DNA of 64,000 nucleotides from assembly GCF_006345805.1 (NCBI RefSeq), contig NW_021833049.1:22472-86471 (forward strand). Direction: 5' to 3'. This document shows positions 13,132-28,032 of this stretch, in pieces. A program made the translations under genes and the position numbers. The stretch is from Octopus sinensis (taxonomy: Eukaryota). The first letter of the stretch is position 1; each line of letters starts with the position of its first letter. The notes beneath the pieces are model-generated. The model was not told the DNA's origin. It saw nothing but the letters and a program-made list of their open reading frames with translations, and did no database searches.

Positions 13132-13836
13132 GAATTTTTTTATAATAAAGAGTATAATGGAATAGTTCATAATTGTTTCATACATTCAATAGAGTCCATG
13201 CTATATACATAAAAAGTATAATGGAACAGTTCATAATTGTTACATACATTCAATAGAGTCCATGCTATATACATTCAATAGAATCCATGTTCTTGAAAAG
13301 GCGAAAAATATATTATAAGCTGTAAGTCGTTCCTCACTGTTTTGTCAAGTGTAGTGCAGGAGTTCATTATAGATTTTACCTTGTGTTCCGATGGGAGCAA
13401 CAGTAGTGATTCTTGGTTGTCGTAATTTTGGTCAACTTAATGAACTCCTGCACCAAAAAGTAAACGATGGACAAGGCAAACCTACATATAGCTACGCACT
13501 ACGTAAACATAAACAACCATATCCTCTATCTCACCCAACACCCCCGAATTGCACCTACACACACATACACATCCACGCACACTTCCACAAAAAAGTATAC
13601 AGTGGACAACGCAAACTTGCATTTAATGGAACACATACAAATATATTTATGCATCCAATCGCACATACACAAGCATGCACACATGAAAGTGGACGAGAAA
13701 ACCATCATGTACTGTCAACAAATATACAAACAAAAACACATATCTACATACATATATATGTATATACAACTCTGTATGTAATAATAATAATAATAATAAC
13801 GTAAAATATAACGAGAGCAATATTATCAATAATAAT

Positions 13837-14376
13837 ATGCCGATGCATATGGGAATAATAAGTAATAATGATAGTAATATTAATAATCATAATATTGATA
13901 AGAATACAGCAGCAAGTAATCATAATAAAGTAAAGCAATTACAGCAAGATAATAGGTGCAATTGTAGAATTAAGGAAAATTGTGTCTTCAATAATGACTG
14001 TTTGAAAAAGGAGGTAGTATACCAATGCATAGTAAGTACACAATATGATAATAGAGTATATATTGGGGCTACTAAGAATAATTTGAAACAGAGACTTAAT
14101 TATCACAGATATACTTTTAAAGATAGGAATAGGATTAATTCTACAGGGTTAGGTGCATATATATGGGAGCTTAAGGGCAAAAATATCAATTATAATTTGC
14201 AATGGAAAATACTTATATCTGCACCAGCGTATAATAATAGGAATAGAAAATGCTCATTATGCATTAATGAGATTTTCTTTATAATTAGGGCTAATTTACC
14301 AATTATTAACAATTTTAAGGAACGAAATGTTTCATGCCTTCATAGACTGGCGTATACTTTCTCTAGATACAAATAA
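13837..14376 (+). CDS. Penelope-type GIY-YIG endonuclease, uninterrupted 179-aa ORF with a low-complexity Asn-rich N-terminus
   Basis: CNCR...C...C, VVYQC, VYIGAT, KQRL..H, STGLGAYIWELK, WKIL, KCSLCINE and SCLH motifs. Confidence 0.85.
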   Translation: MPMHMGIISNNDSNINNHNIDKNTAASNHNKVKQLQQDNRCNCRIKENCVFNNDCLKKEVVYQCIVSTQYDNRVYIGATKNNLKQRLNYHRYTFKDRNRINSTGLGAYIWELKGKNINYNLQWKILISAPAYNNRNRKCSLCINEIFFIIRANLPIINNFKERNVSCLHRLAYTFSRYK

Positions 14377-14912
14377 TACTTATTTCTAAATACCCTTTAA
14401 AATAGATATAAATAGTTGTTAAGAGCTTTTTTACTTTATTATATTTAGAAATACAAAATTGTAAAGGGTTATGGGCATATTATTTTTTGTATATCTATGT
14501 ATAAGTGCATAATATATGTATTTGTATATGAATGTTTGTGTATTTATATATTTTGATATAAGTGTTTTTTGTGTGTACATATTTGTATTTTTTATATACT
14601 GGTACTTGTGTGTAAATTTATCTTTATATTTATGTATATTGATATTTATTGATTTTTGGCTTTTAGTACATAGTTATGTACATAGTACGAGTCAATGTAC
14701 TAAACATATTGTGGTCACTATTGGATTTGTATATGTGTGGATACATATGTATATATATATATATATATATATTTGTAAAAAAGAAGTTTGAAAATGCCAC
14801 TATATTAGATAAATTTTAATTTTTACATGTTTCGGTTCTTGAAATAACGAACCTTATCAAAAAGAATTTTTTATGATAAAGAGTATAATGGAATAGCTCA
14901 TAATTGTTTCAT

Positions 14913-15310
14913 AAGGCCAAGTTGGAGCATGTGCTCAAACTCGGCCCTAGCCGCTTTTAGACGGTCAGGCGCAAGGCGCCGTGAGCGCGACAATACAGGC
15001 GGCCCAGTGGTGGTGATAAAATGAAGGGTCGAGTGGGTAGGCTTTTCCGGTTGAAAGGCAATGTCCACTAGCTCCGGAAATGAAGCCAAAAGAGAGTGAA
15101 AAGCGTCTCCAGAGGTGGCAACAAAGAATGTCGGGCTAAGGACCGCATTGGTGGAACTCCTAGTCGGCGTAGAGAGCGACGTCGTGCTGTCAAGAAGCCT
15201 CCGACGCCTGACATCCACCAATAGATTAAACCTATCCAAGAAATCAGCGCCGAGAATAGGATGCGGGATGTCAGCGATGACGAAAACCCATTGAAAATCT
15301 CGACGAAGAT
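14913..15310 (-). mobile_element. Gypsy pol fragment (protease C-terminus to start of RT)
   Basis: WVFVIADIPHPILGADFL...HFITTTGPPVLSRSRRLAPDRLKAARAEFEHMLQLG. Confidence 0.9.
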
Positions 15311-16860
15311 TGAAGGGAATATTCATTCTGGGGTGGCATGAATTGAAAGGAAGATATTGCTTATAATCCGTAGGCTTGTAGCATATATCTGTTTCTATTA
15401 CATTATTAGATTTCTTAATGAGGATGCCGAGGAAGGGGAGTTGTTGCTGGCTAAATTCCATCGTGAATTGGATGTTTACGTCCAGTCCATTTAAAATTGC
15501 TTGGAATTCTTTGAGTTTCTCAATATTTTCATGCCAAAGGATGAAACAGTCATCTAGGTATCTCTTCCAGTTGTTTTCTATGTAGAGGGAAAAAGGGCTG
15601 CCATATCTTTCTAGAACCTTACGATACAGACTGATTTCTAGATATCCCATGACTAGGTTGGCAAAGGAGGGGGCCATTCGCGTACCCATCGCAGTCCCCG
15701 ATTTTTGTCGGTAGAAGTTGTCTTTGAAGGCGAAGTAGTTATTTTCCAGGATGAATTTAACCCCTTCTATCACGAATTCTTTTTTGATGCGATGTGGGAG
15801 TTCGTTGGCGTGATTCTCTAGCCAGAATTGAATTGCCTCTATTCCTAGGTTGTGGGGGATATTGGAATAGAGGTTGACTACATCGAAGGATACTAGTAGG
15901 GTGTTTTTGTTTATAGTATTAGGTAGGTGATTGAGCATATCCAGGTCGTCCCTTATATAGCTTTTGACATGTTTGAGGAGTGGTTTTAAGAGGGTATCTA
16001 AAAAGTTACTCAGGCGGTGGGTTTCGCATGCGGGACCTGCTATTGTAGGTCTCAATTTGAGGTCATTAGGATTAGGGACTTTAATTATTTTGTCTGGTTA
16101 TCTTGCATGCATTACTTATTTTCTCACTTTTGTGTATCTTGGGAATACCGTAGAATTGACTGGTTTTACTTGTGAAATTGGTCATATAGTCATATTCTTT
16201 GTCGGTGAGCCCTTCTTTGTATGGGGTTAACATGGATTTTAGATCCCTCATTATTTTTTGTTGACTGTAGTTTTGTGCCTTTCCATAATATGTTGTGTCT
16301 TCCAACATAGATAGTACTAAAGTTATGTAAAATGTCGTGTCCATTAAAACAACTGTACTCCCTTTATCGGCCTCTTTGATTGTTATTGCTTTGTCATTTT
16401 TTAATTTGTTCAGCTCAGCCCATCCTTTTTTGCTGAAGTTTGGTTTGGGTTTTTGTTTGTGCATGTGTTGATATGGGTAATTCGAGATGTGTTCACAGAA
16501 ACGATTAAGTGTTTTGTTCTTACCTTTTGAGGGGGTGTAGATACTCCTATTTCTGACCAACGATTCGTCCTCGTTGAATTTGTCATATAGCTCCTCAGTA
16601 AGTCGTAATTTTCTACAGAATTCTGCGATGTCTTCTTTCATTTCATTGTAGTTGGGGTGTTGTGGGGTGGGTGTAAACTTGAGTCCTTTGGAGAGTATAT
16701 TTATTTGGTTTGCTATTAGTTCATTGTGAGTTAGATTAATAATTTTTATCACTTTTGGTTCCTCCTGCCTGTTTGGTGCTATCTTGTGTCTCTGTGTTTG
16801 CATATTGGGTCTAAAAAATGAATGCGGTGGCTGGGACGGTAGCCATTATATAGTTGTTCC
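15311..16860 (-). mobile_element. Penelope-like RT fragment (frameshifted, 3'-deleted)
   Basis: LSKGLKFTPTP, IKEADKGSTVVLMD, FYGIPKIHK, RPTIAG, SFDVVNLYSNIP, GTAMGT, RYLDDCF and YKPTD..QYL.FNSCHP. Confidence 0.92.
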
Positions 16861-16914
16861 TTATATATATACTCACACATACACACAAACATACACACAC
16901 ACACACATATACAC

Positions 16915-17890
16915 ACTGCAGATATAAAAACAGAGGCAATGATGATTGATTACATCAATATAAAGGAAGACGATGTAATAAGGGCTATAGATGAAACGAA
17001 CCCAAACTCAGCTACTGGCCCTGATGGATTCCCAGTAATCCTTCTAAAAGTATGTAAGCAAGTCCCTCTCTCAGAGCTTCCTTGCAAAACTAAATGCAAT
17101 ACCCATTAAATACACTGGACCTGGAGGGACTGCAATCCCAGAGGCACAGTCAGTGCGAGACCTGGGCATTTACATGAGTAATGAAGTAACCTTTCATGTG
17201 CATGTTGCTAAACTGGCTATGAAATGTAGGTAGCTGACCGGATGAATTCTTAGAATTTCAGAACAAGAGATCAGGAAACCATAATGGTGCTGTGGAGGAC
17301 ACTTGTCCTAAGCCACTTTGACTATTGCTCCCACCTATGGTCACCAACAAGTGTCAAATTAATCTCAACTTGAGGCAATCCAATGAAGCTACATGAAGAA
17401 GATAACCTCTATGCAGCATATAAGCTATTGGGAAAGACACAAAAGATTAAGACTCTTTTCTTTAGAGTGTAGGCAAGAAAGATATGCCATAATATACATC
17501 TGGAAGATCCTGGAAGGACTTGTCCCAAATTTTGGCATCGAGAGTTACACAAATACTAGAACTGGGCGCCACTGCATAGTGCCAAGGACTCCAAATTTGC
17601 TATCAAGATATAGGGGCAAGATACTGCAATAGCCTGGGCTTCAAAGGTCCATGGCTCTTCAATATCCTCTTGAAGGACCTGAGAAACCTGCATGGGGTGG
17701 ATCTTGGTGTCTTCAAAATAAGGCTGGACCTCTTACTGTCAAGTGTCCCAGATGAACCAACTTTGTGGCAGGAGGTGCAGATGAGGGCAGCTACATCAAA
17801 CTGTCAATTCCTAAAAAGCATTTGTGAATTAAAATTATGTAGCAACATCAAAGAGCGGTGCCCCAGTACAGCTTGTGTGCCGAAACTAGA
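16915..17890 (+). mobile_element. Degenerate, internally deleted CR1/Jockey-group LINE
   Basis: SATGPDGFP, VRDLGI, SYWERHKRLRLFSLECRQERYAIIYIWKIL; 3' tail gcggtgccccag. Confidence 0.8.
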
Positions 17891-17904
17891 CATAAAAACA
17901 ATTA

Positions 17905-17967
<63 letters not shown>

Positions 17968-18034
17968 ATACATATATGCATATATATATGTGTGTGTGTA
18001 TATATATAATATATATATATGTATATATATATAT

Positions 18035-21328
<3,294 letters not shown>

Positions 21329-21486
21329 ATATATATATATATGTATATATGTATATATATATGTATATATATATATATGTATGTATATATGTATATATAT
21401 GTATACATATATATATATATATGTATACATATATATATATATATGTATGTATATATGTATATATATGTATATATATATATAAATGT

Positions 21487-21517
<31 letters not shown>

Positions 21518-21520
<3 letters not shown>

Positions 21521-23755
21521 ATTTCAACAATTGAGGGTAAAATTAATTAATTAATCATTTCACCAAGTATTCAGTATGCAAAGGGACCATTTAAGGCGAA
21601 TTCAAATTATTACATTATAAAAGGGCTTAGTAAAATAAATTACTTTGCCGCATACTGAACTCATTAGAAATAGCAGCTAAAAAAACTTTTTTAAAACTAT
21701 TTCCAATACTTAAAGAAAACCTCTCTCATATAGGGTCTGCTCAATTCAACTCACGAAAGTATGGGGGTAGAGACATTAAAAAATCAAATGCAAAGGTTAT
21801 TGAGAACGTACGTTTCAAGATTAGTCAAAATCGACACTTCTATCATCAGCTCAGAACTCCTGGTTTGGATTTGAAAACACTGAAAGTGGGAGCATACCCT
21901 TTCGGCTTGTTATCGCTTCTGAAGATCTGCTCGAAACTAACACTGCCAACAAACTCAAATATGCAAGCGAAGATTTCTGCTCTCCCCTTTCCACCAGCGT
22001 GGGTTAAAATCAGTAAACACTATGCTTTTTTCGGTAAAATCCGAGGCATTTAAATAGAGAGAGATGAATTATAATTTCAACAATTGAGGGTAAAATTAAT
22101 TAATTAATCATTTCACCAAGTATTCAGTATGCAAAGGGACCATTTAAGGCGAATTCAAATTATTACATTATATAAAAGGGCTTAGTAAAATAATTACTTT
22201 GCCGTATACTGAACTCATTAGAAATAGCAGCTAAAAAAACTTTTTTAAAACTATTTCCAATACTTAAAGAAAACCTCTCTCATATAGTGTCTGCTCAATT
22301 CAACTCACGAAAGTATGGGGGTAGAGACATTAAAAAATCAAATGCAAAGGTTATTTGAGAACGTACGTTTCAAGATTAGTCAAAATCGACACTTCTATCA
22401 TCAGCTCAGAACTCCCTGGTTTGGATTTGAAAACACTGAAAGTGGAGCATACCCTTTCGGCTTGTTATCGCTTCTGAAGATCTGCTCGAAACTAACAGTG
22501 CCAACAAACTCAAATATGCAAGCGAAGAATTTCTGCTCTCCCCTTTCCACCAGCGTGGTTAAAATCAGTAACACTATGCTTTTTTCGGTAAAATCCGAGG
22601 CATTTAAATAGAGAGAGATGAATTATAATTTCAACAATTGAGGGTAAAATTAATTAATTAATCAATTTCACCAAGTATTCAGTATGCAAAGGGACCATTT
22701 AAGGCGAATTCAAATTATTACATTATATAAAAGGGCTTAGTAAAATAAATTACTTTAAATGCCTCGGATTTTACCGAAAAAAGCATAGTGTTTACTGATT
22801 TTAACCCACGCTGGTGGAAAGGGGAGAGCAGAAATTCTTCGCTTGCATATTTGAGTTTGTTGGCACTGTTAGTTTCGAGCAGATCTACAGAAGCGATAAC
22901 AAGCCGAAAGGGTATGCTCCCACTTTCAGTGTTTTCAAATCCAAACCAGGGAGTTCTGAGCTGATGATAGAAGTGTCGATTTTGACTAATCTTGAAACGT
23001 ACGTTCTCAAATAACCTTTGCATTTGATTTTTTAATGTCTCTACCCCATACTTTCGTGAGTTGAATTGAGCAGACACTATATGAGAGAGGTTTTCTTTAA
23101 GTATTGGAAATAGTTTTAAAAAAGTTTTTTTAGCTGCTATTTCTAATGAGTTCAGTATGCGGCAAAGTAATTTATTTTACTAAGCCCTTTTATATAATGT
23201 AATAATTTGAATTCGCCTTAAATGGTCCCTTTGCATACTGAATACTTGGTGAAATTGATTAATTAATTAATTTTACCCTCAATTGTTGAAATTATAATTC
23301 ATCTCTCTCTATTTAAATGCCTCGGATTTTACCGAAAAAAGCATAGTGTTTACTGATTTTAACCCACGCTGGTGGAAAGGGGAGAGCAGAAATTCTTCGC
23401 TTGCATATTTGAGTTTGTTGGCACTGTTAGTTTCGAGCAGATCTTCAGAAGCGATAACAAGCCGAAAGGGTATGCTCCCACTTTCAGTGTTTTCAAATCC
23501 AAACCAGGGAGTTCTGAGCTGATGATAGAAGTGTCGATTTTGACTAATCTTGAAACGTACGTTCTCAAATAACCTTTGCATTTGATTTTTTAATGTCTCT
23601 ACCCCCATACTTTCGTGAGTTGAATTGAGCAGACACTATATGAGAGAGGTTTTCTTTAAGTATTGGAAATAGTTTTAAAAAAGTTTTTTTAGCTGCTATT
23701 TCTAATGAGTTCAGTATGCGGCAAAGTAATTTATTTTACTAAGCCCTTTTATATA
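21518..23755. mobile_element. Retrozyme-like array of a ~555-558-bp monomer: ~2.2 copies in one orientation, inversion at ~22755, ~1.8 copies in the other; flanked by (TA)n
   Basis: Unit starts at ~21518, 22070 and 22625; mirror copies follow 22755; one HHR in each of the four longer units. Confidence 0.85.
22957..23009 (+). ncRNA. Minimal type I HHR; copies at 23515-23567 (+), 21801-21853 (-) and 22356-22408 (-)
   Basis: tgag-CTGATGA-taga[...]tctt-GAAAC-GTAC-GTT-ctca; canonical core, palindromic loop III. Confidence 0.8.
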
Positions 23756-23773
23756 ATATATATATATATATAA

Positions 23774-23811
<38 letters not shown>

Positions 23812-23840
23812 GTATATATATATAAATGTATATATATATA

Positions 23841-23882
<42 letters not shown>

Positions 23883-23999
23883 TATATTTATTATCATCAT
23901 CATACATGTATATATAATATATATACATACATATATACACTCACACATATATATAATATATATATATATATATATCTACATGTATATACATATATATAT

Positions 24000-24912
24000 A
24001 TAATCAAAATAAGCAACAAGAATGACTCCGGTAATTTGGTACGGTCATTTCGTACTACATCATTTTATTAAATGTTGTAAGTATTACAACAGATTTAAAA
24101 TGCTGAGTACTCATCAGCCAATTATAGAGGTTTTCCATTAATACAAAATTTCCATATCATGTGGCAACATTATAGAGAATGTAGATATATAGACAAAGAT
24201 GTGGATTTAAATTTTAAGAACTTTTGAGGTAGTGGAGCCCATCAACTGACTGACTAAGATTTGGTTGTTCCAGACTACTGTAAGGTTGTGAGAGGGAAGA
24301 ATAAGTGGAAGGACACAATCAACATTTCCTAATTATAGAAATGGGGTAAAGGGGGTTTCAGAGCTCCATATAAGGAATTTATGTGGAAGACAGTATTGTC
24401 ACTACTAAATGCCAATTACTACTATTTGATGAACAGATTCAGCGTTAGGAGAACTAGATCAATTTCAAGTTGTCACAATCACATTCACAGAGAGTACAGA
24501 GACCTTACAAACCCGATGCACATCAACACAACATTTTGGTCTATAAGTTCCAAGTACTTTGACAAGTTAGAATAAAGGAAAAAATATAGTAGTGACAATG
24601 CTGTCTCTCAACTTCTCTCACAACCTTACAGTAGTCTGGAACAGCCAAATCTTAGTCAGTCAGTTGATGGGCTCCACTACCTCAAATGTTCTTAAAATTT
24701 AAATCCACATCTTTGTCTATATATCTACACTCTCTATAATGTTGCCACTTGATATGAAAATTTTTGTATTAATGGAAAACCTAATTATAATTGGCTGATG
24801 AGTACTCAGCATTTTAAATCTGTTGTAATACTTACAACATTTAATAAAATGATGTAGTACGAAACGATCGTACCAAATTACCGGAGTCATTCTTGTTGCT
24901 TATTTTGATTAT
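24000..24912. mobile_element. PLE-type fragment with inverted pLTRs (arms ~24000-24295 and 24615-24912)
   Basis: ~295-bp inverted repeat with scattered substitutions; HHR in each arm. Confidence 0.8.
24791..24876 (+). ncRNA. Type I HHR with extended stem-loop II; mirror copy at 24036-24121 (-)
   Basis: ttgg-CTGATGA-gtac[~50 nt]gtac-GAAAC-GATC-GTA-ccaa. Confidence 0.8.
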
Positions 24913-25003
24913 AATCACCCCACGGATTTTTATGGATAACACCATACAAAATTCTGGTGCATCTAAATTAAGTACCATATTCATTTGAATCTAATTTTTG
25001 CTT

Positions 25004-25101
<98 letters not shown>

Positions 25102-25117
25102 CATATACATACATATA

Positions 25118-25429
25118 TCACCGTGATCACCGTGACCGACCAGGCTATCAGATGTTGTTACACATCGCTGGTCACAATGCGCTTCACATTGTTTTAGCCT
25201 TCAAATGACGCCACCCCGCTGGCTAAGCGAGCAGGCCAACAGAAGAAAGAGTGAGAGAAAGTTGTGGCGAAAGAGTACAGCAGGGATCGCCACCACCTCC
25301 TGCCGGAGCCTCGTGGAGAATTAGGTGTTTTCGCTCAATAAACACTCACAACGCCCGGTCTGGGAATCGAAACCGCGATCCTACAACCGCGAATCCGCTG
25401 CCCTAACCACTGGGCCATTGCGCCTCCAC
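25118..25429 (-). repeat. tRNA-derived SINE (same family as 6924-7296)
   Basis: Minus strand begins gtggaggcgcaatggcccagtggttagggcagcgg...gtttcgattcccagacc. Confidence 0.85.
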
Positions 25430-25499
25430 ATATATATACACATACATATATATACACATACATGTATATATACATATATATATATATACATATATATAT

Positions 25500-26291
25500 C
25501 ATCATCATCATCGTTTAACGTCCGTTTTCCGCGCTAGCACGGGCTGGATGGTTCGACCGGGGTCTGGAAAGCCAGGGGCTGCACCAGGCTCCAGTCTGAT
25601 CTGGCAGAGTTTCTACAGCTGGATGCCCTTCCTAACGCCAACCATTCCGCGAGTGTACTGGGTGCTTTTTACATGCCACCTGCACAGGTGCCAGGGGGTC
25701 CGGCATCGGCCATGATCGGTTGGTGCTTTTAACGTGCCACCGGCACGGAAGCCAGCCAAGGCAGTGCTAGCATCGGCCCCGTCCGAATGGTGCTTTTTAT
25801 GTGCCACCGGCACAGGTATCACAACTACTATTTCCATTGATATTTATTTCGATGCTCATGTACTTGACTCAACAGGTCTCCTCAAGCACAGCGGGTTGTT
25901 CTGAAATCCAAGGTACTTTGAATGGGCAGGGGCTATGCGGAACTGGTGCAGGAAGCAGCCCGGGTCTTTGCAGTCATAGCATATCTCCAGAGATCTCGGT
26001 CCTTCGCCATTGCCTCAGTGAGGCCCAATGCTCTGAGGTCATGCTTGACTACCTCATCCCATGTCTTCCTGGGTCGACCTCTCCCCCTGATACCTTCAAC
26101 TGTTTGGGAGTAGCACTTCTTCACACATCTCTCCTCATCCATCCGCAGTACATGACCATACCATCGCAAGCGTCGCTCTTGCACACCACATCAGATGCTT
26201 CTTATGTCAAGCATTTCTCTCAGGGTGCTTGCACTCTGTCATGCGTGCACACTGACATTACACATCCAGCGGATCATGCTAGCTTCATTCC
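25500..26291 (-). mobile_element. RTE LINE 3' end and UTR
   Basis: [47 protein letters not shown]. Confidence 0.9.
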
Positions 26292-26397
26292 TTATATATA
26301 CATACATATATACATATATACATATATATACATATATACATATATATATACATATATATTATATATACATATATATATATTATATATACATATATAT

Positions 26398-26429
<32 letters not shown>

Positions 26430-26452
26430 CATATATATATACATATATAAAT

Positions 26453-26507
<55 letters not shown>

Positions 26508-27125
26508 ATATATATAGTAAATTAATCAAAATAAAAAACATGATGCCAAGGATTCAGCGGTACATATGTTTCGGGCCTTATTAGACGGATTTATAACAAT
26601 GCATAATGTATGTCTGTGGCATTCTTCAGCCGCGCACAACAACTTCCACAAGGACATGTATTACATCAAAAATTCTTGGTTGGGGATGCAAATCCTCCCA
26701 TTCGCGTACGACATAATGCGGCAACAGCATAAAAATGAAGCGTCCATCTCGTTCTTCTCTCAATGTAGAATGAGGAAATTTTGATGTTGAAGTATGTAAA
26801 TTAATTAATAAATAAATATATACATATATAAATATATAAATGTAGACAGACGTGAAGGAACCTGGTAATAAGAGTGAATAGAGATAAAGATGGAGGGGCG
26901 AGAATTCAGGACGAAGGATAAAAAATATATAAAAAAATATATAAAAAGTGTAAGTATATAAAAAAATATAAAAATGTAGAGTGTAAAGATATAAAGAGAT
27001 ATAAAAAATATAAAAGAATATAAATGAATATAAAGGTATAAAGTTATAAAAATAAAAATAGAAATAAAAATAATAAAAAAATAATAAAAGATGTAAAAGA
27101 ATATAAGGATAAGGGATATATAGTA

Positions 27126-27985
27126 ACATAAGGGACATTAGCCATTTTAACACTTTTGTTACCATATTTATGTTGAACAATGCTGTTTTTCTTTCTATTA
27201 ACTTGAAAATTAATGAAGAATATAGTAAAATAATTTTGTCATTATTAGGCTGATATCAGGAACATAAATAATTGTGAAATTTTGATAAGAAGTTTTAATG
27301 TAAATCACTTTCAAACAGGAGGTGTGTACCATAAAATCGAAGGCAGTCTTCTGTGGTTCAAAAACAAAAGGGTTAATAGATGTTCAAAGATGGTCTCCTT
27401 GATTTTGAAAGAAATGTGCTCATCTGCTGAGCAGGTGAACTCTATATTATTTTATAATTATACTTGAATGTATAAAAAGAGAGAAAACAGAAAAGAAAAA
27501 GAGAAAAAGGATAACAAATTAACTTACGTAGGAAAAATATATAATGGTTTAGTAGCCTCATCACTGAAGTAAAAGTGTTTTATCCATGGTGCATTTACCT
27601 GTTGATAATGATAATAATGATGACGACAACAACAACAACAACAGCAGCAGCAGCAGCACCACCACCACCAGCAGCAGTAACAACAACAACAACAACAACA
27701 ACAACAAGAAGGATGCAAAGACCAACTATTAATCCTCATTCAAGGACTTGAGTGGGATGAGCTACTTGATGTGAAGAAAATTCTAATTGGGCTCCACCTG
27801 CAAAGTCATGTACTGTTTATCTTGATATGAGATCACCATGTAGCACACATATGGTTGTGATGCATGTGCCGGTGTACCCTTATCAGATGGGTAGTCATGA
27901 TGGGTATACTGGGCTTCGTATATTTTACCCAGTGTCACTTTGATGGCATGCACTGCTCTCTCACTCAATAATAATAATAATAATA

Positions 27986-28032
<47 letters not shown>

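Larger units (their letters stand above)
13012..14912 (+). mobile_element. PLE-related unit of ~1.7 kb with ~190-bp terminal direct repeats (13012-13192 and 14721-14912), encoding only a GIY-YIG endonuclease
   Basis: Direct repeat tttgtaaaaaagaagtttgaaaatgccac...cataattgtttcata at both ends; replaces the RT core of the Gypsy element. Confidence 0.75.

Noticed and set aside
21910-21950. CTGAAGA-tctgctc-GAAAC on the strand opposite the HHR in the 558-bp unit (possible second-polarity ribozyme)
   Set aside because: Stem II cannot pair and there is no NUH with a matching stem I
27620-27710. CAA/CAG poly-Gln-like tract as a coding exon
   Set aside because: No flanking ORF or splice context; lies within a repeat mosaic
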